A stretch of 32,000 nt of DNA from Fastidiosibacter lacustris (GTDB lineage: Bacteria > Pseudomonadota > Gammaproteobacteria > Francisellales > Francisellaceae): the NCBI RefSeq assembly GCF_003428155.1, contig NZ_QLIR01000014.1, positions 1-32,000 on the forward strand, read 5' to 3'. Positions within the stretch are counted from its first letter, which is position 1. The number at the start of each line of letters is the position of its first letter. The position numbers and the translations under genes are program-made. The notes under the pieces were generated by a model that was given only the letters and a program-made list of their open reading frames with translations, did not search any database and had not been told where the DNA came from. This document shows, one piece after another, positions 11,088 to 20,596 of this stretch.

Positions 11088-12524
11088 ATGTCAAACTTAA
11101 AGCGGAATTTGAAAGCACGCCATTTGATTATGATTGCATTGGGGGGATCTATTGGAACAGGGCTTTTTCTAGCCAGTGGCAGTGCGATTTATGAAGCGGG
11201 ACCAGGTGGTGCAATGTTAGCTTACACCATCATCTCAATAATGGTTTATTTTTTAATGTGTAGTCTTGGAGAGATGGCAGCACATTCGCCAACAACAGGT
11301 ACATTCTGTGAATATTCTAGCAAATATGTGAGTCCAGAATTTGGATTTGCTATGGGTTGGAATTATTGGTTTAACTGGGCGATTACTATTGCCGCTGAAA
11401 TTATTGCCGCTTCATTTATTATGCAATATTGGTTTCCAAACGTGCATACTATCTATTGGAGTGTATTGTTCTTTGTATTGATATTTGGTCTTAATCTTCT
11501 GGCAGTCAAAGTTTATGGCGAAACGGAATATTGGCTTTCATTTATCAAAGTTGCATTTGTGATTATCTTCATTGTGGTTGGTATTCTGACTCTTGTTGGC
11601 GTCACGGGTATGGGAGGCTCTGTAGGCTTCGAAAATTGGCATATAGGTGATGCACCTTTTCATAATGGTGCAATTGGCTTTATGGCTGTGTTTTTGATTG
11701 CAGGGTTCTCATTTCAAGGTACAGAACTTGTTGGAGTGGCAGCAGGAGAAGCCGATAATCCACGCAGTTCTATTCCACAAGCGATTAAGCGCACTTTTTG
11801 GAGATTGGTGATTTTTTATATACTTGCAATTGGTATTATCAGTTTTTTAATTCCTTATACAAGCGAAATTCTGGTAAATAAAAACTCAGATATTGCAGTT
11901 AGTCCATTTACGATTGTTTTTAAAAATGCAGGGCTTACTTATGCGGCCACCATCATGAATGCTGTAATTTTGATTGCTATTTTGTCTGCTTGTAACGCAA
12001 GTATGTATTCAGCGACACGGATTATGTGGCATTTGGCACATACTAAACAAGCCCCGCGCTTATTTGCTTACATCAATCGTCAGGGTATTCCAGTAAATGC
12101 ACTTTTGATTACCGGACTTATAGGCTGCTTTTTCTTTTTGACTTCCTTTTTAGAAAATGGAGCGGTGTTTATTTGGCTTGTTAATATTTCCTCTTTAGCA
12201 GGTTTTATTGCTTGGTTTGGCATTGCATTAAGCCATTATCGTTTTCGTCGCGCATATCTTATCCAAGGCTATGCACTAAAAGATTTACCCTATAAGTCAA
12301 AATGGTTCCCAATGGCACCCATTCTTGCCATGATTTTGATTGCCATCATTATTTTAGGACAGGAGTTTCATGACATCTTGACAGGTAATCTAACTTGGCA
12401 GAAATTTTTTGCCATCTATATTGGCTTTATTTTATTTCTAGTACTTTTGATCGGCTATAAACTCGTAAAGCATAGTAAACTTATTCCCCTGGCTAAGTGT
12501 GACGTGAAAGCGAAGAAACACTAA
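11088..12524 (+). CDS. lysP: APC-family amino-acid permease, LysP-like
   Basis: LKARHLIMIALGGSIGTGLFLASGSAIYEAGPGG, GFSFQGTELVGVAAGE and ISHYRFRRAY are nearly colinear with my recollection of E. coli LysP. ATG 11088 follows a GGAAAGGAAAG purine-rich RBS; the track start GTG 11052 is less likely. Confidence 0.8.
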   Translation: MSNLKRNLKARHLIMIALGGSIGTGLFLASGSAIYEAGPGGAMLAYTIISIMVYFLMCSLGEMAAHSPTTGTFCEYSSKYVSPEFGFAMGWNYWFNWAITIAAEIIAASFIMQYWFPNVHTIYWSVLFFVLIFGLNLLAVKVYGETEYWLSFIKVAFVIIFIVVGILTLVGVTGMGGSVGFENWHIGDAPFHNGAIGFMAVFLIAGFSFQGTELVGVAAGEADNPRSSIPQAIKRTFWRLVIFYILAIGIISFLIPYTSEILVNKNSDIAVSPFTIVFKNAGLTYAATIMNAVILIAILSACNASMYSATRIMWHLAHTKQAPRLFAYINRQGIPVNALLITGLIGCFFFLTSFLENGAVFIWLVNISSLAGFIAWFGIALSHYRFRRAYLIQGYALKDLPYKSKWFPMAPILAMILIAIIILGQEFHDILTGNLTWQKFFAIYIGFILFLVLLIGYKLVKHSKLIPLAKCDVKAKKH

Positions 12525-12880
12525 AGTATGTAGTAACAGCATTGATTGGCAGTAATGAGGTATAAATATTTTCTTTTAAGGATATATCAAAGAATATGAG
12601 CATATTAGCAAAGGTTATATAAAAGCTAAAAGTGATTTAGCTATATTACTATTGAGCATCTAGGTGCTGAAATCTTACTGTATGGCTTTATTCGTAACAG
12701 CCAATCACGAATGACAGTGAGAATTGAAGGTTATTGACAAGGAAATGGCGATCAAGATATTCATTTACACGTGCAAAAGCAACATTTATATGCTTTTGAC
12801 TCAAAAATACAAAAGCGCTTAGATTTAGGTAAATATGTAATGATAAAGGTCGTTTAGGCATAAATACGCTTTTTAAATGT

Positions 12881-12909
12881 TTGACACTAAAATTTATGAG
12901 TGGTATATA
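12881..12909 (+). promoter_or_regulatory. putative sigma70 promoter of ampG with extended -10
   Basis: TTGACA (12881-12886), a 17-nt spacer ending in TGG, then TATATA (12904-12909). It lies 37 nt upstream of the ampG ATG. Confidence 0.4.
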
Positions 12910-12945
12910 CTTAATTTTCATTACTCTAGGTAGAGTTTTACATTT

Positions 12946-14226
12946 ATGAACTTTTCCACACAGTTAAAAGCGGCAACAATTGATAGTATTAAAGGGATTC
13001 TAACTAGCCGCAAGATGCTGGTGATGTTTTTATTAGGCTATTCTTCTGGTTTGCCTTTGATGTTAACCGCCTCATCTTTGCTGTTATGGTATAAAGAGGC
13101 AGGAATAAGCATTCAAGATATCGGTCTTTTGTCACTGGTGGCAATTCCATATACGATTAAATATCTGTGGTCACCTGTTATCGATCGTATAAGCTTTAAA
13201 TATTTAGGACGCAGAAAAGGTTGGATATTGCTTATGCAGCTTATACTCATTTTTTGCGTATTCTTGTTGAGTCAATTCTCACCTTCCAGTTCCCCTGTTA
13301 TGATTGCGATCATTGCATTGGCAATTTGTTTTTTTTCAGCAACTCAAGATATTGCTATAAATGCCTATCAAACAGAAATACTAAATGAAGATGAGAGAGC
13401 TTTAGGCAGTTCAGTATCAGTTTTGGGTTATCGTGTTGCAATGATGGTGACAGGTGCACTGTTATTGATAATAGTTGAGTATTTTGATAATAATTGGAAT
13501 AAAGGGATGCAGGCGCTTATTCCTTTTTTTACCATAGGATTGCTAGGGACGCTATTGGCAAAAGAAGCTAAGGTGACAAATCAACCTAAAACATTCGTTG
13601 ATGCAGTTATTCTGCCGTTTTATGATTTTTTCACTCGGCGTGGAATATGGGTGGCAACCGTAATGTTACTCATTATTGTTTTTTATAAATTTAGTGATGC
13701 TTTGGCATTTTCACTTAATACAGTTTTCTTTTCAGAGCTTGGGTTTGATAAAACTACTATTGCCGTTTCATATAAGTTTAACGCGCTTATATTTACTTTT
13801 ATTGGTTTAGTTTTAGGTGGGATGCTTGCCAAAGGCTTTGGATTGTTTCGTACTTTTTTATGGTTGAGTGTGCTAATGGCGACTGCCAATTTAATGTATA
13901 TGTGGCTTGCTCTTATTGGTAAAAGTTATTATTTGATGGTGCTATCTGTTGCCATTGAATACATGATTGGTGCAATGGGGACAGCTGTATTGGTTGCGAT
14001 GATTATGAGCTTGGTCAATAAAAGTTTCTCGGCAACACAATTTGCTGTATTAAGCTCGATTGATTCGTTAGGAAGAGTGTTAGTAGGGCCAATGGCTGGA
14101 TGGATTCAAACACATTGGGGGTGGTCAGCATTATTCTTTGTGAGTTTTGCTATTGGAATTGCAATCGCTTTCGGGATATGGCGAGCAAGAAGACAAATTA
14201 TGTTAATGGCAAATTTACATGGCTAA
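12946..14226 (+). CDS. ampG: AmpG-family muropeptide (anhydromuropeptide) permease, MFS
   Basis: The N-terminus LGYSSGLPLMLTASSLLLWYKEAGISIQDIGLLSLVAIPYTIKYLWSPVIDR is typical of AmpG. 426 aa, polytopic. Confidence 0.8.
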   Translation: MNFSTQLKAATIDSIKGILTSRKMLVMFLLGYSSGLPLMLTASSLLLWYKEAGISIQDIGLLSLVAIPYTIKYLWSPVIDRISFKYLGRRKGWILLMQLILIFCVFLLSQFSPSSSPVMIAIIALAICFFSATQDIAINAYQTEILNEDERALGSSVSVLGYRVAMMVTGALLLIIVEYFDNNWNKGMQALIPFFTIGLLGTLLAKEAKVTNQPKTFVDAVILPFYDFFTRRGIWVATVMLLIIVFYKFSDALAFSLNTVFFSELGFDKTTIAVSYKFNALIFTFIGLVLGGMLAKGFGLFRTFLWLSVLMATANLMYMWLALIGKSYYLMVLSVAIEYMIGAMGTAVLVAMIMSLVNKSFSATQFAVLSSIDSLGRVLVGPMAGWIQTHWGWSALFFVSFAIGIAIAFGIWRARRQIMLMANLHG

Positions 14227-14412
14227 TTGTATTGACTGTTATGGTTGTGCATGTGTATTGATTTTTTTATTTGAAGCAGTTTAAGGGGGTAAGAGCGTTT
14301 AAGTCTACTTTGGAAGCTATAAAGTGAGTGATTTTGAAATTTGTTGCATTTGCATAGTGCTTAAGAACTGATAAACTTACACCTACAAATAGCTGTTTGT
14401 TGGTTTTAGCAT

Positions 14413-14709
14413 TTGAAAATAAATGATGAAGATGAGTTAAAGCTTCCCGTTAAACTTCGTGATCACCAGGGAAACCTTATTATTATTTATATTTCATACG
14501 CTGATGAAGGGATCACATTTAGTTACCTTGAATCCTCAGCCACTTACCCTGAAGAGCTAAATATTCTTGGTTGGCTTGAATCTGTTACCAAAAAGAAGAT
14601 ACTACATTTCCCCAAAAATTTGGACTACATCTACGAAGAATGTGAGCAAAATCCAGAAAATATACTGAGCATTTTTTACCATTACTTTTCTGCCATTCGC
14701 TATTTGTGA
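14413..14709 (+). CDS. hypothetical protein (weak call)
   Basis: 98-aa ORF with protein-like acidic composition. It has only a TTG start and no in-frame ATG. An in-frame stop lies 6 nt upstream, and the 3' end overlaps rlmH by 10 nt. Confidence 0.2.
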   Translation: MKINDEDELKLPVKLRDHQGNLIIIYISYADEGITFSYLESSATYPEELNILGWLESVTKKKILHFPKNLDYIYEECEQNPENILSIFYHYFSAIRYL

Positions 14710-15170
14710 TAAGGGTGCCCTTGCAATATTGTCCATGCACGGTAAATTTGCTCTGCAAAAATGATGCGTACAATCGGGTGTGGGAAAGTCATTCTTGATA
14801 ATGAGATTTTTTCTTGAGCCTGTGCTTTAATACATTGATCAATACCATCAGGACCACCGATGACAATTGCGACATTAGGCGTATGTTGCTGCCAGTTTTG
14901 AATTCTTTGTGCCAACTCTTCTGTACTTATTTGTTTAGATTGAACGTCTAATATTACTAAATGATCATTGTCATCAAATCTGGATAGTAGTGTTTTTGCT
15001 TCTTGCTCCAAGTATTTTGCAATGCTAGCGGTTTTAGTCCGCTTTGCAATAGGTAGCTCAATAAGCTGTAATTGAATCGTAGATCCTGATAGACGCCTAC
15101 TATATTCATCAAAACCAGCCATGACCCATTTGGGCATTTTCTCGCCTAAAGCTAAGAGTTTTATTTTCAT
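14700..15170 (-). CDS. rlmH: 23S rRNA (pseudouridine1915-N3)-methyltransferase
   Basis: MKIKLLALGEKMPKWVMAGFDEYSRRL...IGGPDG...LSLSRMTFPHPIVRIIFAEQIYRAWTILQGHPYHK is colinear with RlmH. ATG 15170 overlaps the yaaA stop (ATGA). Confidence 0.9.
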   Translation of the reverse strand: MKIKLLALGEKMPKWVMAGFDEYSRRLSGSTIQLQLIELPIAKRTKTASIAKYLEQEAKTLLSRFDDNDHLVILDVQSKQISTEELAQRIQNWQQHTPNVAIVIGGPDGIDQCIKAQAQEKISLSRMTFPHPIVRIIFAEQIYRAWTILQGHPYHK

Positions 15171-15940
15171 GGCTTTACTCGAGTAAAGCAAAGCAAATAT
15201 GTATGTGAGAGTTCAGAGTTAAAGGTATAACCATCATAATCAAATGCCTTAAGTCCATCTATGGTGTTGATACGATGGTCAAGAATGAAACGTACCATAC
15301 GCCCTCGTGCGCGTTTGGCAAAAAGTGCGATTGTTTGGTATTTATTCATATGGTGTTCTTTAAAATCGACTTCTAGCCACGTTGCATGAATTGCTTTCTG
15401 ATCGATTACTTTACTATATTCATTTGAAGCTAGATTAACAATCACTTTGTGCTCACTGGTAGCAATAATTTCGTTTAACTTTGTAGTAAGTTTAGCGCGC
15501 CAAAAATCATATAACAGCAAGTTATCAATATAAAACTTTACTCCCATTTCTAAGCGATAGGCTTGAATTAAGTCAAGCGGACGAATAAGTCCATATAATC
15601 CTGAGATCATCAATACATGATTTTGTGCATAGTCGAGTTGGTTGGCAGTTAAACTTAACGTATCTAGCCCACGATATACATCGCCTGTAAAGGCAAAAAG
15701 TGCTTGCTTAGCATTCGCTTTAGTATAATTTTGGTTGTCAAAATTAACATACATATCAAATACCTTCTCGGCAAGCTTAGGCGATATTTTCATTAAGGTC
15801 TCAAATTGATCTGGAGAATAGTGTTTTAGCTTTTGCACAAGTTGTGTAATTTCATTTTTAAATAATACATCAGTTGCTTTATCCGTTGGTACGTTGTTGC
15901 TAAAATCCTGACTTTTAGCTGGTGAAATCAAGCTTAACAT
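15167..15940 (-). CDS. yaaA: peroxide stress protein YaaA (DUF328/UPF0246)
   Basis: N-terminus MLSLISPAKSQDF and overall length (257 aa) match the YaaA family. Confidence 0.9.
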   Translation of the reverse strand: MLSLISPAKSQDFSNNVPTDKATDVLFKNEITQLVQKLKHYSPDQFETLMKISPKLAEKVFDMYVNFDNQNYTKANAKQALFAFTGDVYRGLDTLSLTANQLDYAQNHVLMISGLYGLIRPLDLIQAYRLEMGVKFYIDNLLLYDFWRAKLTTKLNEIIATSEHKVIVNLASNEYSKVIDQKAIHATWLEVDFKEHHMNKYQTIALFAKRARGRMVRFILDHRINTIDGLKAFDYDGYTFNSELSHTYLLCFTRVKP

Positions 15941-16165
15941 AATATTTCTTATTTAAAATAACCTTGGTGCACATTGTAACAGAATATACTTAGGTCTAAA
16001 TAGGTGTAGCCTTTAGTTTTAGCCAAAAAAACTCATACCTTTTTCAGATCACAATTGTTACAATGTTGACGATTTTCAACGAACACCAACCTTCCTGTAT
16101 GGCTATTTTTGTTATGGCAATAAGCATGATGTTGGTGCACAAAGACTTAATCAAAGAGGCGTAGA

Positions 16166-17134
16166 ATGGATCGTAATTTAGCACTAGAAACCGTAAGAGT
16201 CACTGAAGCTGCAGCCCTATCTGCTTGGCGTCAAATGGGCAAAGGGGATGAAAAAGCCGCAGATCAAGTTGCAGTTGATGCCATGCGTCGTGCCTTAAAT
16301 GGACTAGATATTAATGGTACGGTTGTTATTGGTGAGGGTGAGCGTGATGAGGCTCCTATGCTTTATATTGGTGAGAAAGTTGGTAAAGGTGGTCCTAAAG
16401 TTGATATTGCTTTAGATCCATTAGAGGGGACGACCATCACAGCAAAGGGTGGTCCTAATGCACTGGCGGTTATCGCTATGGCTGAAGATGGTGGTTTTTT
16501 AAATGCTCCAGATGTCTACATGGAGAAAATTGCAGTTGGTGGACATGGCTTACCAAAGGATATCATCGACATCAATGCAGAACCTGCTGAAAATCTAAAA
16601 CGTTTAGCTGATTTTAAAGCTATCCCAATAGAAGCCTTAGTAGTGTGTATTTTGGAGCGTCCAAGACATGAAGAAATCATTCGCAAAGTGCGTGAGGCAG
16701 GTGCGCGTATTGCACTTATTGGTGATGGCGATGTTTCGGCTGTTATAGCTACAGCACAAGAAGACAGTGGTATTGATATGTATATGGGTGTAGGTGGCGC
16801 GCCTGAAGGGGTGTTAGCTGCTGCTGCCTTACGTTGTCTAGGTGGACAAATGCAGGGGAGATTAATTTTCAGAAATGATGATGAAAAAGCGCGTGCTAAA
16901 AAATGGGGCATTGCGGATCTGAATAAAATCTATCATTTAACCGACCTTGCTTCTGGTAATGTGCTTTTTGCAGCCACGGGTGTGACTGATGGTCAAATGT
17001 TAAAAGGTGTAAAACGCAAGGGTCAAATCGCAAAAACACATAGTTTGGTCATGCGCTCTGTTTCTGGTACGATTCGACATATTGAAGCGGAACATAACTT
17101 CAACTTTAAAAAAGGTTTTGAATATTTAGGTTGA
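16166..17134 (+). CDS. glpX: class II fructose-1,6-bisphosphatase
   Basis: VTEAAALSAW..., IGEGERDEAPMLYIGEKVG, DPLEGTT and NAPDVYMEKIAVG closely match GlpX. Confidence 0.92.
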   Translation: MDRNLALETVRVTEAAALSAWRQMGKGDEKAADQVAVDAMRRALNGLDINGTVVIGEGERDEAPMLYIGEKVGKGGPKVDIALDPLEGTTITAKGGPNALAVIAMAEDGGFLNAPDVYMEKIAVGGHGLPKDIIDINAEPAENLKRLADFKAIPIEALVVCILERPRHEEIIRKVREAGARIALIGDGDVSAVIATAQEDSGIDMYMGVGGAPEGVLAAAALRCLGGQMQGRLIFRNDDEKARAKKWGIADLNKIYHLTDLASGNVLFAATGVTDGQMLKGVKRKGQIAKTHSLVMRSVSGTIRHIEAEHNFNFKKGFEYLG

Positions 17135-17145
17135 GTCATAACAAT

Positions 17146-18018
17146 ATGCTGTCCTATCAACAACTTGCCATATTTACTGCGATTGCCGAGCATGGCAGTA
17201 TCACTAAAGCATCAGAAGCGCTCAATTTAACACAGCCTGCATTAAGTAGTGCTTTGTCAGGATTAGAAGCGAAATTAGGCGTGAAACTTTTTGATCGTGT
17301 TGATCGTAAAATTGTACTTAACCATAATGGGGAGCGTCTTTATCCTCAAGCTGTTAAGCTTTTGGAAGAGGTAGCTAAAGTCCAAAGTTTTTTCTCTCAT
17401 AACCAAGCGCTTTGTGGTAAGATCCGCATTGCTGCAAGCAACACCATTGGCAACTATGTTTTACCACCGCGTATGGCGAGTTTTAAAACCAAATACCCAA
17501 ATGTGCAATTGATACTAACTATCTCTAATAGTGAGCAAGTTATTGAGCAAGTGATCCAGCATCAAGTTGAAATTGGATTCATAGAGACAAATTGTCTAAA
17601 TAACCAAATCAACTCTTTCCCTTTTGCCCAGGATGAACTGGTTTTATTTGTGTCAAAACAACACCCATTAGTAGGTAAGAACAATGTGAGCATAATGGAC
17701 TTAAAAGACTATCCATTTATTTTGCGTGAACGTGGCTCAGGCACAAGAGGCATTCTAGAGCAAAACTTCTTACCTTTAATGAACTATCAACTCAATATTT
17801 TTTTAGAACTTGGCAGTAGTGCAGCAGTATGCTTAGCGGTTAAGAATAGCCAAGCTATCGGTTGTATTTCACGTCATGCCTTAGTCGATCAACCTGAGTG
17901 TGTTATTTTAACATGTGATATGTTTGAGTTGAAACGTGATTTTCTTGTTGTTCAAAACAAGCGCACACATATTTCAGAGCTTACCGAAGAATGGTTGGAC
18001 TGGGTTATTAATAAGTAA
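17146..18018 (+). CDS. LysR-family transcriptional regulator
   Basis: The N-terminal wHTH (LSYQQLAIFTAIAEHGSITKASEALNLTQPALSSALSGLEAKLGVKLFDR) is followed by an LysR substrate-binding domain. The track start TTG 17131 overlaps the glpX stop; ATG 17146 is preferred. Confidence 0.85.
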   Translation: MLSYQQLAIFTAIAEHGSITKASEALNLTQPALSSALSGLEAKLGVKLFDRVDRKIVLNHNGERLYPQAVKLLEEVAKVQSFFSHNQALCGKIRIAASNTIGNYVLPPRMASFKTKYPNVQLILTISNSEQVIEQVIQHQVEIGFIETNCLNNQINSFPFAQDELVLFVSKQHPLVGKNNVSIMDLKDYPFILRERGSGTRGILEQNFLPLMNYQLNIFLELGSSAAVCLAVKNSQAIGCISRHALVDQPECVILTCDMFELKRDFLVVQNKRTHISELTEEWLDWVINK

Positions 18019-18062
18019 AATTAATGTGTCCAATAACTTTTAAAAAATTTAATTTATTTTTA

Positions 18063-18091
18063 TTGTCAAATATACTATCAGTATATTAAAT
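18063..18091 (+). promoter_or_regulatory. putative promoter with a dyad operator in the spacer, upstream of the TDT transporter gene
   Basis: TTGTCA (18063-18068), 17-nt spacer, TTAAAT (18086-18091). The spacer contains the dyad AATATACT-atc-AGTATATT (18069-18087). Confidence 0.35.
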
Positions 18092-18107
18092 TGCTTAAAG
18101 GTGTATT

Positions 18108-19112
18108 ATGAGACAACGTATTAAAACAATTTTAGAAAATACGCCAACTCCGATGGCAGGTTTGGCATTGGGTATATCAGGCTTAGGTTGGAGTGCTGAA
18201 AATGCACTTTCTACTCATCATACTTTGCAGATTACAAGCGCGGGAATAGCATTAATATTGATCCTAGTCGTAGCCAGTAAATTTATGCTCTGGCCACAAA
18301 AACTGCTTACTGACCTATCTCATCCTGTTATTGGTAGCGTTGTCCCTACATTTGCGATGACACTTATGATTATTTCTAATAGTATCGAATATTTCAATCA
18401 TATTCTAGCTGAAATTGTATGGCTTATTGCAGTGATCATTCATTTGTTATTCTTAGCTACTTTTATCTTTCACAGAGCGAAAGTCTTTGAATTACATCAC
18501 ATGGTACCGTCATGGTTTGTACCACCAGTTGGGATTATTGTTGCTGACGTTGCTTTTCCAGGTGGGGTATTACAGCCATTGGCAATCACTTTGCTTTATT
18601 TCGGACTTGTTTGTTATGCAATTTTACTACCTGTAATGCTTTATCGCATTATTTTTTGTCATGAGATACCTGATGCGTCTAAACCAACTATTGCAATTTT
18701 TGCTGCACCTGCAAGTTTATCTTTAGCAGGTTACTTGACTGTTATCGAAGATCCTTCGCCAAATGTTGTTATCCTCCTTGTTGGTATTGCAATTCTCATG
18801 ACTGCTTTAATTTACATTGCATTTATTAAACTCATGACGCTTCCTTTTAGCCCAGGCTTTTCAGCATTTACGTTCCCAATGGCCATTGGCTCAACAGCTT
18901 TATTTAAAACAGCACATTGGGCAGAAACCGTTATACATCTTCCACCAGAATACGTTGCCCAAATATATTACCTTGCTGTATTTGAGCTTATTATCGCCAC
19001 ACTTGTTATTGGGTTTGTTGCCCAGCAATATTTGTATCACTTAGTGTTGAAAAAATTCAATATAGGTGCTGTAAACAAGGTGAGTGGGATGAAAAAGAAG
19101 ATTAACGCTTAG
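18108..19112 (+). CDS. TehA/TDT (tellurite-resistance/dicarboxylate transporter, SLAC1-like) family membrane protein
   Basis: 334-aa protein with about 10 TM segments, matching TDT family length and topology. It has a conserved WFVPPVG-type segment (SWFVPPVGIIV). Confidence 0.75.
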   Translation: MRQRIKTILENTPTPMAGLALGISGLGWSAENALSTHHTLQITSAGIALILILVVASKFMLWPQKLLTDLSHPVIGSVVPTFAMTLMIISNSIEYFNHILAEIVWLIAVIIHLLFLATFIFHRAKVFELHHMVPSWFVPPVGIIVADVAFPGGVLQPLAITLLYFGLVCYAILLPVMLYRIIFCHEIPDASKPTIAIFAAPASLSLAGYLTVIEDPSPNVVILLVGIAILMTALIYIAFIKLMTLPFSPGFSAFTFPMAIGSTALFKTAHWAETVIHLPPEYVAQIYYLAVFELIIATLVIGFVAQQYLYHLVLKKFNIGAVNKVSGMKKKINA

Positions 19113-19148
19113 TTGCTAAAAAACTAAACGATTTTGATTTTATGTTAT

Positions 19149-19910
19149 TTACTGATATGCTGATATAACTGCTGTTTGGTTGAGTTTAAATCCTGATGGA
19201 TTAGTTATTATTTTATAATCTCCAGCTACTACTCCATCTGCTGCTATTGAAGTGATTTCGCCTAAATCTGCTAAAACTTTACCAATGGTTGCAATTGTAA
19301 AAGCTCCATATTCTGATTGTAATACTAAGCCATAGTTATTGACTGAATAGATGCGATAACGATTTGTAACTTTATCTTCATTTGTCGCTACTACTGTCTG
19401 TGGTTGTGGTAATTTTGCATTTATTACCGGAGCGCTACTAGAGATATGCTTAAGCTTAGCATCAATTTGCTTCATAAGCTCATCACTGACTTTATCTAAG
19501 TTTTTTGTCTGCTTTTGGATTTCATCAAGCTTCATCTGTATTTGTTGTAATTGCGTTACCGCCTCAGTATTGCCATTTAGAATCATCTGCTGTAAATCAG
19601 CAATTTTAGCATCTGTTGATTTACGCACTTGCTTTGCTTCTGCGTGTATGATGTCAGAGAGTGTATTGCGAATCTCTCCTGCTTGATCCTCAATATGTGT
19701 TTGTAAAACCTGTTGGTGTGCTAGGATATCTTTTTGATTCTTAATGATAAATATTTCAAAAATCAAAACACATATCATTGCTCCAATGCAAATAAACACA
19801 AGTTTCTTTTGTTGGGTTATCGGTACTTTTTTTGGCTGTTCATCATATATGTTATTGGTTGAATGATTATCCTGTGGTTTTTTATTCCATATTTTAAATA
19901 AATTCTTCAT
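19149..19910 (-). CDS. hypothetical bitopic membrane protein with Q-rich coiled coil and C-terminal beta-rich domain
   Basis: 253 aa. It has a polar N-terminus, a single TM (LVFICIGAMICVLIFEIFII), a heptad-like Q/K/L-rich region, then YRIYSVNNYGLVLQSEYGAFTIATIGKVL... No family was recognised with certainty. Confidence 0.6.
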   Translation of the reverse strand: MKNLFKIWNKKPQDNHSTNNIYDEQPKKVPITQQKKLVFICIGAMICVLIFEIFIIKNQKDILAHQQVLQTHIEDQAGEIRNTLSDIIHAEAKQVRKSTDAKIADLQQMILNGNTEAVTQLQQIQMKLDEIQKQTKNLDKVSDELMKQIDAKLKHISSSAPVINAKLPQPQTVVATNEDKVTNRYRIYSVNNYGLVLQSEYGAFTIATIGKVLADLGEITSIAADGVVAGDYKIITNPSGFKLNQTAVISAYQ

Positions 19911-20077
19911 AGCATTAACGCGATTTTGTTTTGCAATTGATGTGCTAAGTATATATCACTCACAAACCATTTTGCAGTATTTCTTGTTCTGCCTAGTAAT
20001 TAATAGTGATTTCTTATTTTTCTTGTTTATACTTTTAAGTTCCATGATTTGGAGAAAAACAACACAAGGATAATGAT

Positions 20078-20596
20078 ATGCCAAAATATAACGTTCTTAT
20101 TCGATTACTGCATACACTTGTTGCGCTAGGAGTGATTTTACAAGTTATCGTTGGCTTTTTCTTTGATGATATGTTCAGTAAGCTTAACCCTGCATTTTTC
20201 ATGACCATCCATAAATCTATAGGTTTAAGTTTATTCTTACTTATTGTGTTTTTAATCATTACGCGTATATTTTCCAATAAAATTCCCTATCCCAAAGAAA
20301 TGCCCGTCATCCAGCGGATGCTTGCTAAATTGGTGCACTGGGGATTGTATTTGTGTATATTACTCATGTCATTGTCAGGTTTTATAGCATCACAACTCTT
20401 TCATAGCAAATGGCAATATTTTTATTGGTTTGATATCCCCAATTTCTTACCGAAAAATCCTGGGCTTGGACGTGAGATTTTTAGCTGGCACCCTTTTATT
20501 GCTATGATTTTATTGGTGCTTGTCATTTTGCACATATTAGCTGCACTTTCCCATCAGTTTATTGCTAAAGATAAAATCATGCAAAAAATGTTTTAA
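20078..20596 (+). CDS. cytochrome b561 family protein (CybB-like)
   Basis: 172 aa with four TM helices. Conserved His positions are present (LLHTLVA..., IHKSIG, VHWGLY, HILAALSHQF), as is typical of cytochrome b561. Confidence 0.8.
   Translation: MPKYNVLIRLLHTLVALGVILQVIVGFFFDDMFSKLNPAFFMTIHKSIGLSLFLLIVFLIITRIFSNKIPYPKEMPVIQRMLAKLVHWGLYLCILLMSLSGFIASQLFHSKWQYFYWFDIPNFLPKNPGLGREIFSWHPFIAMILLVLVILHILAALSHQFIAKDKIMQKMF

Noticed and set aside
12688-12921. 77-aa minus-strand ORF between lysP and ampG
   Set aside because: It has no RBS and a low-complexity hydrophobic/basic composition. It overlaps the well-formed ampG promoter (TTGACA-17-TATATA), so it is likely spurious.
16516-16911. 131-aa minus-strand ORF inside glpX
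   Set aside because: It is antisense to a strongly supported conserved gene. Its Ala/Pro/Ser/Arg-rich composition is typical of the reverse frame of a relatively GC-rich CDS. The same reasoning applies to these antisense or overlapping ORFs: 261-545, 2912-3115, 5364-5546, 5559-5747, 7144-7347, 7613-7915, 9123-9413, 10635-10877, 13683-13889, 14585-14773, 20035-20277, 22028-22210, 22241-22564, 22612-22878, 25394-25594, 26758-26955, 27911-28114, 29574-29897, 30109-30303, 30239-30586, 30271-30459, 30733-31032 and 30990-31178.
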